Part shown: positions 27,088 through 36,699 of the stretch, one piece after another
Position numbering within the stretch: the first letter of the stretch is position 1
How the letters are laid out: each line of letters starts with the position of its first letter
IMG/VR virus record: IMGVR_UViG_3300005686_000008
Strand: one strand, 5' to 3'
Source of the DNA: a virus
Lineage: Duplodnaviria; Caudoviricetes
DNA length: 64,000 nt
Notes under the pieces: model-generated
Database searches by the model: none
What the model was told of the DNA's origin: nothing
The model's input: the letters and a program-made list of their open reading frames with translations, nothing else
Translations under genes and position numbers: made by a program

Positions 27088-28996
27088 TCCTGAGCAACAA
27101 GAAGCAGTAGATCATGTGCAGGGACCGTGCTTTGTTTGCGCTTGCCCTGGTTCTGGTAAAACCAGAGTTATAGTTGAGCGAGTATTTAGTCTCATAGATA
27201 AAGGGTTTAGCCCTCGTAGTCTTCTTTGTATTACGTTTACAAATAAGGCTGCAAATGAGATGAAAGAAAGAATCTGCAAAAAACTAGGCACTACTGGTCA
27301 AGATATTTACATTAGCACTTTCCACGCCCTATGCGCCACGATATTGAGAAAATACGGCGGTTCTATTGGTTATGGACTTAATACGACAATCCTTGATGAT
27401 GACGATCAGGAAGGATTGATGGCTCAATGCGCTAGACAAGCCGGATTTGAATGGAATGCTAAGCAGATCAGGGATCTTCTATACAAGGTCAATAATTTAC
27501 GAGAAAGCCTTACTAAAGATGATGAAATTGTTGATAATTTCAAGATTAGAGAAGAGGGAGAGATTTGCTTAGAGTATATCAAAAGAATGAGGAGAAACAA
27601 TCAGATAGATTTTAGCGGTCTTCTATCTGAAACTGTAAGACTTCTTGAAAAGGATCAAGAAGTGCTTAACAAACTTCAGACTCGTTTTGATTTTATTCAA
27701 GTTGATGAGGCGCAAGACACAAACTATGCACAGTTTAGGATTGTGCAGCTTATAGGCGCTCATAATAACGTTCTCATAGTTGGAGATCCGGATCAGGGTA
27801 TCTATTCTTGGAGAGGCGCAAGATACCAGAACATCGAGGACTTTGTTTCGCAAAATAAGGCAAAGGTTATTGGTTTACCAAGGAACTATAGGTCTACTCC
27901 TGAGATTATTACAACAGCGTCCAATCTTATCAAGTTCAATAAGAACAGGCAGCAAAAGTTGGAGTTTAGAACTGATAATCCTAACGGGAAGCCTGTTGAA
28001 TGTTATTGTCTTCCAACGCCAGAACAAGAAGGTGCATGGATTGCTCATAAGATAAGCGATATGATTGAGAAAGAGGGATATAAGCCTCATGACTTTGCAG
28101 TTCTTTACAGAGTCAATGCTATGTCTAGGGCTATTGAGCAAGGAATGATTACTTGCGGATTGTCTTATCAAATTATTGGAGGTTTTAGCTTCTTTGACCG
28201 AACCGAAATCAAAGATTGTTTGGCGATGCTTCGATTCCTTGTTAATCCTTTTGATGGAACCGCCTTGGCTCGGTTTATTCAAAAACCATCTAGAAGAATT
28301 GGAGAAGTTGCTATTGGAAAGATAGAAAACTTTGCTGATGAAAATGGAATCAATCTAATAGAATCAATGAAGAGAGCTGGTGAGTATTTTACAACCGGCC
28401 ACGATAGGGCTAGAGTTATTAAGGGATGCGAAGAGGTTGTTAAGGCTTTTGATTTCAATAGAGATGGCATGTCTATTGGAGAGGTGCTGCATAACCTTGT
28501 TACTAGACTTGATTATTATAAGTTTTTGGAGTCTAAGTATGAGTCCAAAGAGCTTGATGATAGGAAAGATAACGTACAAGAACTTATAAACGCTTGCGCC
28601 TTGTATACTCAACAAAGAAACAATAGTATAGCCGAATATTTAGCTTCTATTGCTTTGCAAACTTCGGCTGATAAGAAGACTGAAGAGAACTGCGTTTCTC
28701 TTATGTCTTTGCATGCTTCTAAGGGTCTTGAATTCCCGGTCGTATTTATGCCGGGACTAGAAGAGGGACAGCTTCCTCACAAGAGAGCCTTGATGGAAAG
28801 AGACGGCCTTGATGAGGAAAGAAGGCTTTGTTATGTTGGCATGACTAGGGCAGAGAAGAGACTTTTCGTATCTTATGCGGATGCGAGAATGCAGAAGTAT
28901 CAAAACGGCGCTGTTCAGTTTGCGAATAGTAAGAGAAGTAGATTTTTGGATGAATCTGGTTTAGCGCAAGGTATCAAAAAGCTCCGCGCAAGTTAA
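27032..28996 (+). CDS. uvrD: UvrD/PcrA SF1 helicase
   Basis: LNPEQ, GSGKTRV, TFTNKAA, VDEAQDTN, GDPDQ.IY.WRGA, NYRST, HASKGLEF, EERRLCYVGMTRA. Confidence 0.95.
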   Translation: MSQDQGQSLVQGARKIFLNPEQQEAVDHVQGPCFVCACPGSGKTRVIVERVFSLIDKGFSPRSLLCITFTNKAANEMKERICKKLGTTGQDIYISTFHALCATILRKYGGSIGYGLNTTILDDDDQEGLMAQCARQAGFEWNAKQIRDLLYKVNNLRESLTKDDEIVDNFKIREEGEICLEYIKRMRRNNQIDFSGLLSETVRLLEKDQEVLNKLQTRFDFIQVDEAQDTNYAQFRIVQLIGAHNNVLIVGDPDQGIYSWRGARYQNIEDFVSQNKAKVIGLPRNYRSTPEIITTASNLIKFNKNRQQKLEFRTDNPNGKPVECYCLPTPEQEGAWIAHKISDMIEKEGYKPHDFAVLYRVNAMSRAIEQGMITCGLSYQIIGGFSFFDRTEIKDCLAMLRFLVNPFDGTALARFIQKPSRRIGEVAIGKIENFADENGINLIESMKRAGEYFTTGHDRARVIKGCEEVVKAFDFNRDGMSIGEVLHNLVTRLDYYKFLESKYESKELDDRKDNVQELINACALYTQQRNNSIAEYLASIALQTSADKKTEENCVSLMSLHASKGLEFPVVFMPGLEEGQLPHKRALMERDGLDEERRLCYVGMTRAEKRLFVSYADARMQKYQNGAVQFANSKRSRFLDESGLAQGIKKLRAS

Positions 28997-29016
28997 CTCG
29001 TATCTCCTGTCGATAC
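28989..29016 (+). promoter_or_regulatory. putative promoter CAAG-N16-GTCGATAC, 5 nt before ATG 29022
   Basis: Upstream CGCGCAAG is identical, at identical spacing to CGA, to the site at 51518-51549. Confidence 0.5.
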
Positions 29017-29021
29017 TCCTG

Positions 29022-30017
29022 ATGAAGGAGAATCACTTGAGCTACGAACTAATATGCGATAATGTAATTGACGGTCTCGGACAAGTCAAATCAAAATCTG
29101 TTCATAGTATTATTACGTCTCCTCCATACTATAATCTTAGAGATTATGAGTATGGTTCTCAAATAGGCCTTGAAAAAACTCCTGAAGAGTACGTTGAAAG
29201 GCTTGTTTCTGTTTTTTCTGCTGCAAAAAACGTTCTTAGAGATGATGGTACTGTTTGGCTCAATGTTGGAGACACATACGCTTTTTCGAAGGGTAATGGC
29301 TATAAAAAGGGAGACTTGCTCGGGGTTCCTTGGATGTTGGCGTTCGCCCTAAGAAAAGATGGATGGTTTTTGAAGAGCGACATTATTTGGGCAAAGCCGA
29401 ATCCTCTTCCGGGAGGGGTCACTGACAGACCAGTATCTTCTCATGAATATCTTTTTCTATTATCTAAGTCAGAAGACTATTTCTACGATCAAGAAGCTAT
29501 AAAAGAATCTGCCGTAGAGAAAAATAAAGATGGAACTTTCAAGAAAAGAATAAAGAGAGATGTTTGGACGGTTCCTGTTGCATCTTTTAAGGGCGCTCAT
29601 TTTGCTGTATTTCCAACGAAACTTGTTGAACCATGTATTTTGGCCTCAACTAGCGAATATGGGTGTTGTTCAGAGTGCGGCGCTCCATATATAAGACAGA
29701 TACATAAAAAGAGATATGCAACTAGGCCAGGGCGTCATAATAAGAAAGATAAGACAGGATTTGTTAACCGAGATTCCGGTAGACACCTTACAGATACGAG
29801 TACAATTGGATGGAAGAAAAGTTGTTCATGTAACTCTGATACCGTGTCTAGTTGTGTTGTTATGGATTTGTTTTGCGGGTCTGGTACGACAGGTGTAGTA
29901 GCTTTAAGGAATAGGCGAAAGTTTATAGGGATAGACGGAAAGCAAGAATATATTGATTTGGCTAATAATAGGTTGATTAGGGAAAAACAAGTCTTTGAGG
30001 AAACAAATGCATCTTAG
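29022..30017 (+). CDS. DNA methyltransferase N4C/N6A (beta order) with Cys-rich insert
   Basis: ITSPPY, WLNVGDTY, IIWAKPNP, HFAVFP, DLFCGSGTTG. Confidence 0.92.
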   Translation: MKENHLSYELICDNVIDGLGQVKSKSVHSIITSPPYYNLRDYEYGSQIGLEKTPEEYVERLVSVFSAAKNVLRDDGTVWLNVGDTYAFSKGNGYKKGDLLGVPWMLAFALRKDGWFLKSDIIWAKPNPLPGGVTDRPVSSHEYLFLLSKSEDYFYDQEAIKESAVEKNKDGTFKKRIKRDVWTVPVASFKGAHFAVFPTKLVEPCILASTSEYGCCSECGAPYIRQIHKKRYATRPGRHNKKDKTGFVNRDSGRHLTDTSTIGWKKSCSCNSDTVSSCVVMDLFCGSGTTGVVALRNRRKFIGIDGKQEYIDLANNRLIREKQVFEETNAS

Positions 30018-30771
30018 GGATTTCGCTAATAAACATAAAGGTAAACTAGCTTTTATAGCAGGAGCCGGTCCTTCTCTTAGGCACTTTGAGACTGATGGGC
30101 TAAAGGATTACGTTGTTTTTACGGCCAATTCTGCTTTGCTCAAGTTTCCTAATTGTGACTATTTTGTTACAGACGATCAAGGCGTAAGCACTTGGAACTA
30201 TTGGTGTATTACCGCAAGAGATAGTCATTGTACTAAGTTCTTGTACAGAGAAAAACTAGTAACTCACACAAGCCATCTTAGGCCAGAAGAGGTTGTTTTC
30301 TTTGATCATGTTGGTTGGGCTAGCGGTTCTCCAAACGGATTGATCTATCATAAAGAAAATGTTATCATGACTGATGATCCTGAAAGGCCGATTATGGGGT
30401 CCAGAACATCCGCTGCATCAGCAATGCATATTGCTTATATTATGGGTTGCGATCCAATCGTTTTGATTGGAATGGACGGGTGTTATGATGGGAGAAATAG
30501 ATACTATTGGCAGTTTCCAAATCAACCTAAAGCAATAGAGTACAATAACAAAGTCTTTTCTGTGCCAAATAAAGGTTTGTTGAGAGACAAGCCTGTTGAT
30601 TTTCACTGTATTGCGTATGACTTGTATTGGAGCCATTTTGCAGAAATGAATCCAGAATTGCTTAAGGGTCGCATATTGTATTCTTGTGATAGTGGAATCG
30701 TGAATATCTTTCCGAAGATGTCGATTACAGAAGTGATGGAAAAGTTTGGTGAAAGGAAGAAAAATGCCTAA
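30007..30771 (+). CDS. Maf/DUF115-like (CstII-related fold) nonulosonic acid transferase
   Basis: F.NKHKG..AFIAGAGPSL, VFTANS, AYIMGCDPIVLIGMDG. Confidence 0.7.
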   Translation: MHLRDFANKHKGKLAFIAGAGPSLRHFETDGLKDYVVFTANSALLKFPNCDYFVTDDQGVSTWNYWCITARDSHCTKFLYREKLVTHTSHLRPEEVVFFDHVGWASGSPNGLIYHKENVIMTDDPERPIMGSRTSAASAMHIAYIMGCDPIVLIGMDGCYDGRNRYYWQFPNQPKAIEYNNKVFSVPNKGLLRDKPVDFHCIAYDLYWSHFAEMNPELLKGRILYSCDSGIVNIFPKMSITEVMEKFGERKKNA

Positions 30772-31225
30772 GAAGAGAGCAAAGAAAGTAAAAGCTAGAC
30801 TAGTTAGAAAACCAGGCGGAGCGTATTTGACAACAAATAAGAAGCCTAGAAAAATATCTGCTAAAAACTTAGTAAAAGCAATTATGAATCTTATGACTCG
30901 TATAAACGAAGAAGAAATCAATAAGGCTATTGATCAGTATGAGGAAAATAAGAGTAAGACCATAAAAGAAAATCTAGAAATATGGGAAAAAAATAGGGTA
31001 GATATGGATTTGAATGGTCCAAAGTTTGAGCATTCAAAAGAAAAGGTATGGATAGACTTGAACGAGCAGAGAATCAATGAGGCGATTCAGTCTATTACAA
31101 AAGCTATGTCTAACATAACTGTTGAAAGTTCTGCTAGTAACAAGAGAACAGCTCTTAATGACGTTTATAGTGCTGTTGTTAAGTTCTTTGACATGTGCCC
31201 TGATGTTGATATTGATTTTTCATAA
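30764..31225 (+). CDS. hypothetical protein with Lys/Arg-rich N-terminus
   Basis: ORF track; ATG 30764 after an AAGGA SD. Confidence 0.55.
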   Translation: MPKKRAKKVKARLVRKPGGAYLTTNKKPRKISAKNLVKAIMNLMTRINEEEINKAIDQYEENKSKTIKENLEIWEKNRVDMDLNGPKFEHSKEKVWIDLNEQRINEAIQSITKAMSNITVESSASNKRTALNDVYSAVVKFFDMCPDVDIDFS

Positions 31226-31242
31226 GGTTTGGGAGAAGAGTT

Positions 31243-31983
31243 ATGGCAGGCGAAGGTAGTACATTTGCTTTTATTCCAGCAAAAACCTGTTCTGTAGGAC
31301 TTCCTTATAAGTTGTTTAGGAAAATTGGTCCGCATTCTTTGATTGAATGGACTATCCTTGCTGCAATAAAGAGTTGTTACATTGATGTTATCTTTGTTTC
31401 ATCTAATGACCCGTTTATCAAAGAAGTAGTAGATAGATTTGCAAAAAGAGTCAAGCCTATATACTTTATTAGAAGGCCTGATGAACTGTGTACGGCTACA
31501 AGTAAAACTGAAGAAGCCATTTCTCATTTATTATCTACAAATGATTTGGCAAAGAAGTTTGATAACATGATAATGCTACAAGCGACTTCTCCTGCCAGAA
31601 GAAATAACCTTATAGACTCTTGTTTCAATAAACTTGGCAGTTCTGGGGCTGACAGCCTTCTCACTGTAAGTAGCCATACGCCTTTCTTTTGGATAGCGGC
31701 GCAAAACCAACATTCATATCTTGATAAATATAATCCATATCTTCCAACATATGATCTTGTAGCAAGACCTATGAGACAGGAACTCTCGGAAAAGGATATG
31801 TATTATCATGACAATGGCAACATATACATAACAAAGATAAAATCGTTTTTAGATACAAAATGTAGAGTTTCTGGTCATGTTGAAGTTTATCCAACGCAAA
31901 GATTTGAAAGTATGCAAATTGATACTCAGGAAGATTTGGATATAATGACAAGTCTCTACGAATATTATGGAACGTTTTTATGA
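31243..31983 (+). CDS. neuA: acylneuraminate cytidylyltransferase (CMP-nonulosonate synthetase)
   Basis: FIPAK..S.GLP.K, VSSND, RPDEL, LQATSPAR, ADSLLTV, RPMRQEL, DNGNIY, QIDT.EDL. Confidence 0.9.
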   Translation: MAGEGSTFAFIPAKTCSVGLPYKLFRKIGPHSLIEWTILAAIKSCYIDVIFVSSNDPFIKEVVDRFAKRVKPIYFIRRPDELCTATSKTEEAISHLLSTNDLAKKFDNMIMLQATSPARRNNLIDSCFNKLGSSGADSLLTVSSHTPFFWIAAQNQHSYLDKYNPYLPTYDLVARPMRQELSEKDMYYHDNGNIYITKIKSFLDTKCRVSGHVEVYPTQRFESMQIDTQEDLDIMTSLYEYYGTFL

Positions 31984-32834
31984 ATCAAATCAGTCCGGCT
32001 CAAGTTATTGCCGAAGTAGGATGCGTTCATTTGGGTTCTATGGATAGAGCCAAGAAACTTATTAGTTTGGCAAAAGCTTGCGGCGCTGATTATGTAAAGT
32101 TTCAAAAAAGGAATCCAGATGAATGCGTTCCAGAACATCTGAAAAATCAGCCGCATCCTAATCAGATTTTTGCATATGGTAAAACTTACTTAGAACACAG
32201 AAAGAATTTAGAGCTACCTATTGATCAGCATTATCTTTTGCAGAAATATTGTAATGATATTGGGATAAAGTATGCATGTTCTGTTTGGGACAAAACCTCA
32301 GCTATAGATATAATATCTCTCAATCCCGAGTTTATCAAAATACCTAGCGCATGTAATCATAATAGGGATTTGATAAAGTATATTCTTGGTCATTTCTATG
32401 GAGATATTCATATATCAACAGGAATGACTTCTCTTTCTGAAAGAACTTCTCTTGTTGAATACTTGAAGTCTCTTTCTCCAAAAAGATTTGTTGTATATCA
32501 TTGCACTAGTATTTATCCGTGTCCTTTTGAAAAACTTCATCTTTTGGAAATTAGTAAGTTGGCAGAATCTGGTCTTAGGGTTGGATTTTCCAATCATGGC
32601 TATGGTATAGCTTCAGATATTGCCGCATGGATGTTGGGAGCTAAATACATTGAAAGGCATTTCATTGATGATAGAACTATTCGTCATACGGATGCTTCTG
32701 CTAGTTTAGAACCAGAGGGACTGAGAAAACTTTGTAGAGATTTGAATAATGTTTATCGTGCAATGACTCGTTCGCCAGAACTTCCGGACGAACAAGAGAT
32801 TGCTGAAAGAAATAAATTAAGGGTGAACGAATGA
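31980..32834 (+). CDS. neuB: N-acetylneuraminate/KDN-9-phosphate synthase family (no C-terminal SAF/AFL domain)
   Basis: IAEVG.VH.G, GADYVKFQKR, KIPSA, ISTGM, HCTSIYP, GFSNH, IERHF, DASASLEP. Confidence 0.92.
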   Translation: MNQISPAQVIAEVGCVHLGSMDRAKKLISLAKACGADYVKFQKRNPDECVPEHLKNQPHPNQIFAYGKTYLEHRKNLELPIDQHYLLQKYCNDIGIKYACSVWDKTSAIDIISLNPEFIKIPSACNHNRDLIKYILGHFYGDIHISTGMTSLSERTSLVEYLKSLSPKRFVVYHCTSIYPCPFEKLHLLEISKLAESGLRVGFSNHGYGIASDIAAWMLGAKYIERHFIDDRTIRHTDASASLEPEGLRKLCRDLNNVYRAMTRSPELPDEQEIAERNKLRVNE

Positions 32835-33322
32835 GTATAGAATCAATAAAACTTATAGCAATTGATGTTGATGGAACCTTGACAGACGGCAATTTTTACA
32901 CTAATGAAGCAGGGGATGTTTACAAGAACTTCTTCACTAGAGACATCAATGCCATGTATAAAGCAAAAGATGCAGGATTTAAGGTAGTAATAATAACAGG
33001 ATCTACAGATAGAGTAATTTATGCTAAAATGGGTAAGAACTTTCATATCATTCATGGGTCTAAAAATAAGTTTGTAGACTTGAGCAAACATATTGTTGGA
33101 GAAGGTTTGACTTGGGATGATGTTGCTTATATTGGTGATGCAGAAAATGACTATAAATGCATTTTAGAGGCATCTTTCTCTGGTTGCCCATCTGACGCTA
33201 TACCGGAAATCGTTGAGCATGCAGTTTATTCTTCGCATTCTCCCGGAGGCAAAGGTGCCGTGTATGAATTCATAAGATATTTATTCAAACTTAGAAAAAT
33301 AGAATGGCCTTTATTATCTTGA
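32831..33322 (+). CDS. KdsC/KDN-9-P phosphatase family HAD hydrolase
   Basis: DVDGTLTDG, F.TRD, IITG, VAYIGDAEND, GGKGAV.E. Confidence 0.9.
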   Translation: MSIESIKLIAIDVDGTLTDGNFYTNEAGDVYKNFFTRDINAMYKAKDAGFKVVIITGSTDRVIYAKMGKNFHIIHGSKNKFVDLSKHIVGEGLTWDDVAYIGDAENDYKCILEASFSGCPSDAIPEIVEHAVYSSHSPGGKGAVYEFIRYLFKLRKIEWPLLS

Positions 33323-33370
33323 TCAAAGGGGAAGGCTTGCTTTTCTAGTATTTACTAGTAGAGTGAGTCT

Positions 33371-33670
33371 ATGGTTAGAAACTTCAAATTCGTTTACCTT
33401 GATCAATATAGTCAAGAGTTTCGTCAAGGCTATGACGTTGCTAACGTTGTTAATATAATGAAAGAGCTGCTTAGGGCTTTTTATATTGACAACCACCTAA
33501 AGAAAATGTTTGTTAACATACACAAAGATAATGTCGCTTTGTGCGAAGGTGTCTGCGCTGAGAATCTTTTTCATACAGAGATAAAAGATCCCGACAAAAA
33601 AGATTCTGCCGAGAAATCTGATGATGAGGTTTGGTTGATGATTGTTCCGTCTAAAATGATAAAGCATTAG
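33371..33670 (+). CDS. hypothetical protein
   Basis: ORF track; preceded by the inverted repeat CTAGTA-TT-TACTAG. Confidence 0.5.
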   Translation: MVRNFKFVYLDQYSQEFRQGYDVANVVNIMKELLRAFYIDNHLKKMFVNIHKDNVALCEGVCAENLFHTEIKDPDKKDSAEKSDDEVWLMIVPSKMIKH

Positions 33671-34474
33671 TTGAAATTGTTCGATAACATATGTATGGGC
33701 AGACCGTGTTCTGACAATATTTGCTTTACCACAACAGCAATGCCTAGGCCAGAATTGTTGGCTAGGACATATGAATCGTTTCAAAAACATATTCCTTGGC
33801 TTGACTTCAAAAAATGCAAGTTGTTTATAAACGTTGATGATTTTCCTCAAAACGTTTATAGCGATATATTAGAAAGACATGCAAGAGTTTTAGAAATAGG
33901 TAGGGAATATTTCAAAGAGGTTGTTTCTAATAAAGGTTTTTCTAGTTTCCCGAAGGCTGTAAAATGGATATTTTCTCAAGTTGATAGCGAATATGTTTTC
34001 AATTTAGAAGATGACTGGGAATTGCTTTGCGATATTCCAGATTACATTCCATCGTTTTTTGATAATCCTGATTTAGTGCAAGTTGGTTTTAGGGCTTGGA
34101 AGAAATCGGACCCTCGATTTGTTCTAAGTCCTTCTATTCTTAAAGCCAGCTTTTGCAAGTTTGCTGCTGACAATATGAATGTAGCTAAGAATCCTGAACA
34201 ACAAATACGAGATATGAATCCGTATAAAAATAGAATGAAAGAGTGTTTTATTTATTGGCCTTATGAAAGCGAAAAAATCATACTTAGAGATCTTGGTAGG
34301 GTTTGGATGAAAGGGGAGCCTTTTGGAAGAGGAATGGATGATTGGAAGAGTTGGAATTTTTTGCCCAATCCTATTACAAGAGCCAGAGAGCAGTCTATTT
34401 GGGATCAGAATGCTGATATTGATTTGTCTAAACTAGATGGAAACTTTGGAGGGCCAAGTGTATCCGCTAACTGA
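33671..34474 (+). CDS. putative GT-A glycosyltransferase (paralog of the next gene)
   Basis: TTTAMPRP, INVD, FNLEDDW (DxD-like). Confidence 0.7.
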   Translation: MKLFDNICMGRPCSDNICFTTTAMPRPELLARTYESFQKHIPWLDFKKCKLFINVDDFPQNVYSDILERHARVLEIGREYFKEVVSNKGFSSFPKAVKWIFSQVDSEYVFNLEDDWELLCDIPDYIPSFFDNPDLVQVGFRAWKKSDPRFVLSPSILKASFCKFAADNMNVAKNPEQQIRDMNPYKNRMKECFIYWPYESEKIILRDLGRVWMKGEPFGRGMDDWKSWNFLPNPITRAREQSIWDQNADIDLSKLDGNFGGPSVSAN

Positions 34475-35285
34475 AAATACCTTAACATTTACAACGACGG
34501 CTATGCCGAGACCTGATTTGATTAAGAAGACATATGATTCTTTTACAAAGAATATGTTGGAGTTTGATTTCAAAAAAGCAACTCTTTATATTAACGTTGA
34601 TAGGTTCCCAGACGGAAGAGATGATGATAAGAGAAAAGAGGTAGTTGAAGTAGCAAGAAACTATTTCGGTAATGTTATTGCAAATCTTCCGGAAAATCCT
34701 AACTTTGCACAAGCGGTTAGATGGTGTTTTTCTAAGATAGAAACATATTATAACTTTCATTTGGAAGATGACTGGGAATTATTAGTTCCTGTCAAGGTCT
34801 CCGTTTTCAATCAATTCTTTTTGTCTCCAATCGTTCAACAAATTGCTCTTCGAGCATGGAAGAATGTAAAAGGTAACTTTTATTTGTCTCCTAGCTTTTT
34901 AAGGGGAACTTTTTGCAGAGAGATGGCTGAAAATATGAATGATGTCGATAATCCAGAGGTTCAGATAAGGAATATGAAGCCCAATTACAAGGGCGGCGGA
35001 TTCTTGTATTTTCCATTTGAGCCTAGAGCTGTTATTATCAGAGATCTAGGTAGAGAGTGGATGAAAAAGAATCAGTATAACAGAGGGAGTCAGAATTTTG
35101 TTCAATGGTCTAACCTGGTTCCCGGAAAAGGAAGAGAAGTTTTGGCTGATCAGAATGCCCAAATCCCAATGGAGATGTTGCCAACAAATCCAAACGATAA
35201 AAGGTTAGCAGCAATGAATAGATGGGTGAAAGCGTATAGTAAACAAAGAGCTATCAAGCTCAATAGAAGAGGTAAGATAACATGA
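34437..35285 (+). CDS. putative GT-A glycosyltransferase (paralog of the previous gene)
   Basis: TTTAMPRP, INVD, FHLEDDW. Confidence 0.7.
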   Translation: METLEGQVYPLTENTLTFTTTAMPRPDLIKKTYDSFTKNMLEFDFKKATLYINVDRFPDGRDDDKRKEVVEVARNYFGNVIANLPENPNFAQAVRWCFSKIETYYNFHLEDDWELLVPVKVSVFNQFFLSPIVQQIALRAWKNVKGNFYLSPSFLRGTFCREMAENMNDVDNPEVQIRNMKPNYKGGGFLYFPFEPRAVIIRDLGREWMKKNQYNRGSQNFVQWSNLVPGKGREVLADQNAQIPMEMLPTNPNDKRLAAMNRWVKAYSKQRAIKLNRRGKIT

Positions 35286-35905
35286 ATAAAAAACTATCCA
35301 TACTGATTTGTTCCCTTTCTTCAAGAGCGGATAAGCTTCAAAGGTTGATGACTGTTTTAGAGCCTCAGCTAAATGAACATACCGAACTTCTTATTAAGAC
35401 AGATAATGGCGAAATCCCAATTGGTAAAAAAAGAAATATACTTCTTGATGAATCCACTGGAGATTACGTTGCGTTTGTTGATGATGACGATTTGGTTTCT
35501 GATGATTATGTAAGAAAAATACTTGATGCAATACAAACCAATCCGGATTGCTGCGGGATGCAGGGCGTTATTACTTTTCAGGGAAGAAATCCAAGGATGT
35601 TTATACATTCACTGAAGTATAAGGAATGGTTTGAAAAGAACAATGTTTATTATAGATGCCCAAACCACTTAAATCCGGTAAAGAGAAGCATTGCTCTTCA
35701 GGTCAAATTTCCAGAAACTAATTTTGGGGAAGACAGAGATTTTTCAACCAGACTCTATCCTTTACTCAAAGAAGAAAGGTTTATAAGCGGAGTTATATAT
35801 CATTATTTGTATGAAAAAGCAGGTCCAGCGAATACAAATAATACAAATGTTCCTATTTCAAATATTCCTAGAGCCAGCAGGCCATATCCTAGAGGATTTA
35901 GATGA
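35282..35905 (+). CDS. glycosyltransferase family 2
   Basis: LSILI, IGKKRN, GDYVAFVDDDD, FGED. Confidence 0.85.
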   Translation: MNKKLSILICSLSSRADKLQRLMTVLEPQLNEHTELLIKTDNGEIPIGKKRNILLDESTGDYVAFVDDDDLVSDDYVRKILDAIQTNPDCCGMQGVITFQGRNPRMFIHSLKYKEWFEKNNVYYRCPNHLNPVKRSIALQVKFPETNFGEDRDFSTRLYPLLKEERFISGVIYHYLYEKAGPANTNNTNVPISNIPRASRPYPRGFR

Positions 35906-36687
35906 TATTCCCAAAACGAGTAACAGATCTTCCTATTGAAATTAGAAGAGGTTTTGAATTTTCTTCTGATTCTGTATCTCCTATAACAGGAGTATCAGTA
36001 GTTATTCCTGTAAGAGGAATAGACAGACAGAATAACTTGAATTTTTGTATTTCTAGAATGTTGATGCAAAATGTTCATCCTTTAGAGATTATTGTTTCTG
36101 AAGAAGATGCTTATGAAAGAATAAAAGTTGATTACTTTGCTAGAGATTCAAGAGTAAGGAAAGTCTTTACCCGTTCTCAAAAACCATTCAATAAGAGTAT
36201 AGCAATAAATGTGGGCGTTTGTCTTGCTACTAATAGCAAAATTGTTATGAATGACGCTGATATTATCCCTCCTAAAGGATATATAGCTAGAATAGATGAG
36301 ACTTTAGAGGTATATGATTCTTGTTTTTTTGCTAAAGAAATCTACAATGTTAATTTATGTAGAAGCGGCATTGTTTGGTCTGGAGGTAAAAGGACTGATT
36401 ACTTTTCTGGCGGTTCTATCGCTTTTACCAAGAAAGCCTTTTTTGATATAGGCGGAATGTGCGAAGAGTTTTATGGTTATGGTAGCGAAGATTGCGAGTT
36501 TTGGGGGAGAATTAGAAATCTAACCAATATGTATGAATGTAGAGATACTGCTGTTTTGCATATTGCTCATAAGAGACCAGAACAATATAGTGTTAACTCT
36601 GAATTATATGACAAAATAATGAAAAAAGATATGGCAGAAAGGCTTGCTGCATTGAAGTCGGATTTATCAAAGAGGCATTTTAACTAA
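35902..36687 (+). CDS. glycosyltransferase GT2/GT7-like
   Basis: SVVIP.RG, FNKSIAINVG, NDADII, IGGMCEEFYGYGSED. Confidence 0.85.
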   Translation: MIFPKRVTDLPIEIRRGFEFSSDSVSPITGVSVVIPVRGIDRQNNLNFCISRMLMQNVHPLEIIVSEEDAYERIKVDYFARDSRVRKVFTRSQKPFNKSIAINVGVCLATNSKIVMNDADIIPPKGYIARIDETLEVYDSCFFAKEIYNVNLCRSGIVWSGGKRTDYFSGGSIAFTKKAFFDIGGMCEEFYGYGSEDCEFWGRIRNLTNMYECRDTAVLHIAHKRPEQYSVNSELYDKIMKKDMAERLAALKSDLSKRHFN

Positions 36688-36699
36688 AGAGATCAATAT

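Noticed and set aside
33345-33358. Palindrome CTAGTA-TT-TACTAG as an operator
   Set aside because: Only one occurrence was noticed in AT-rich sequence, and no cognate regulator was identified.
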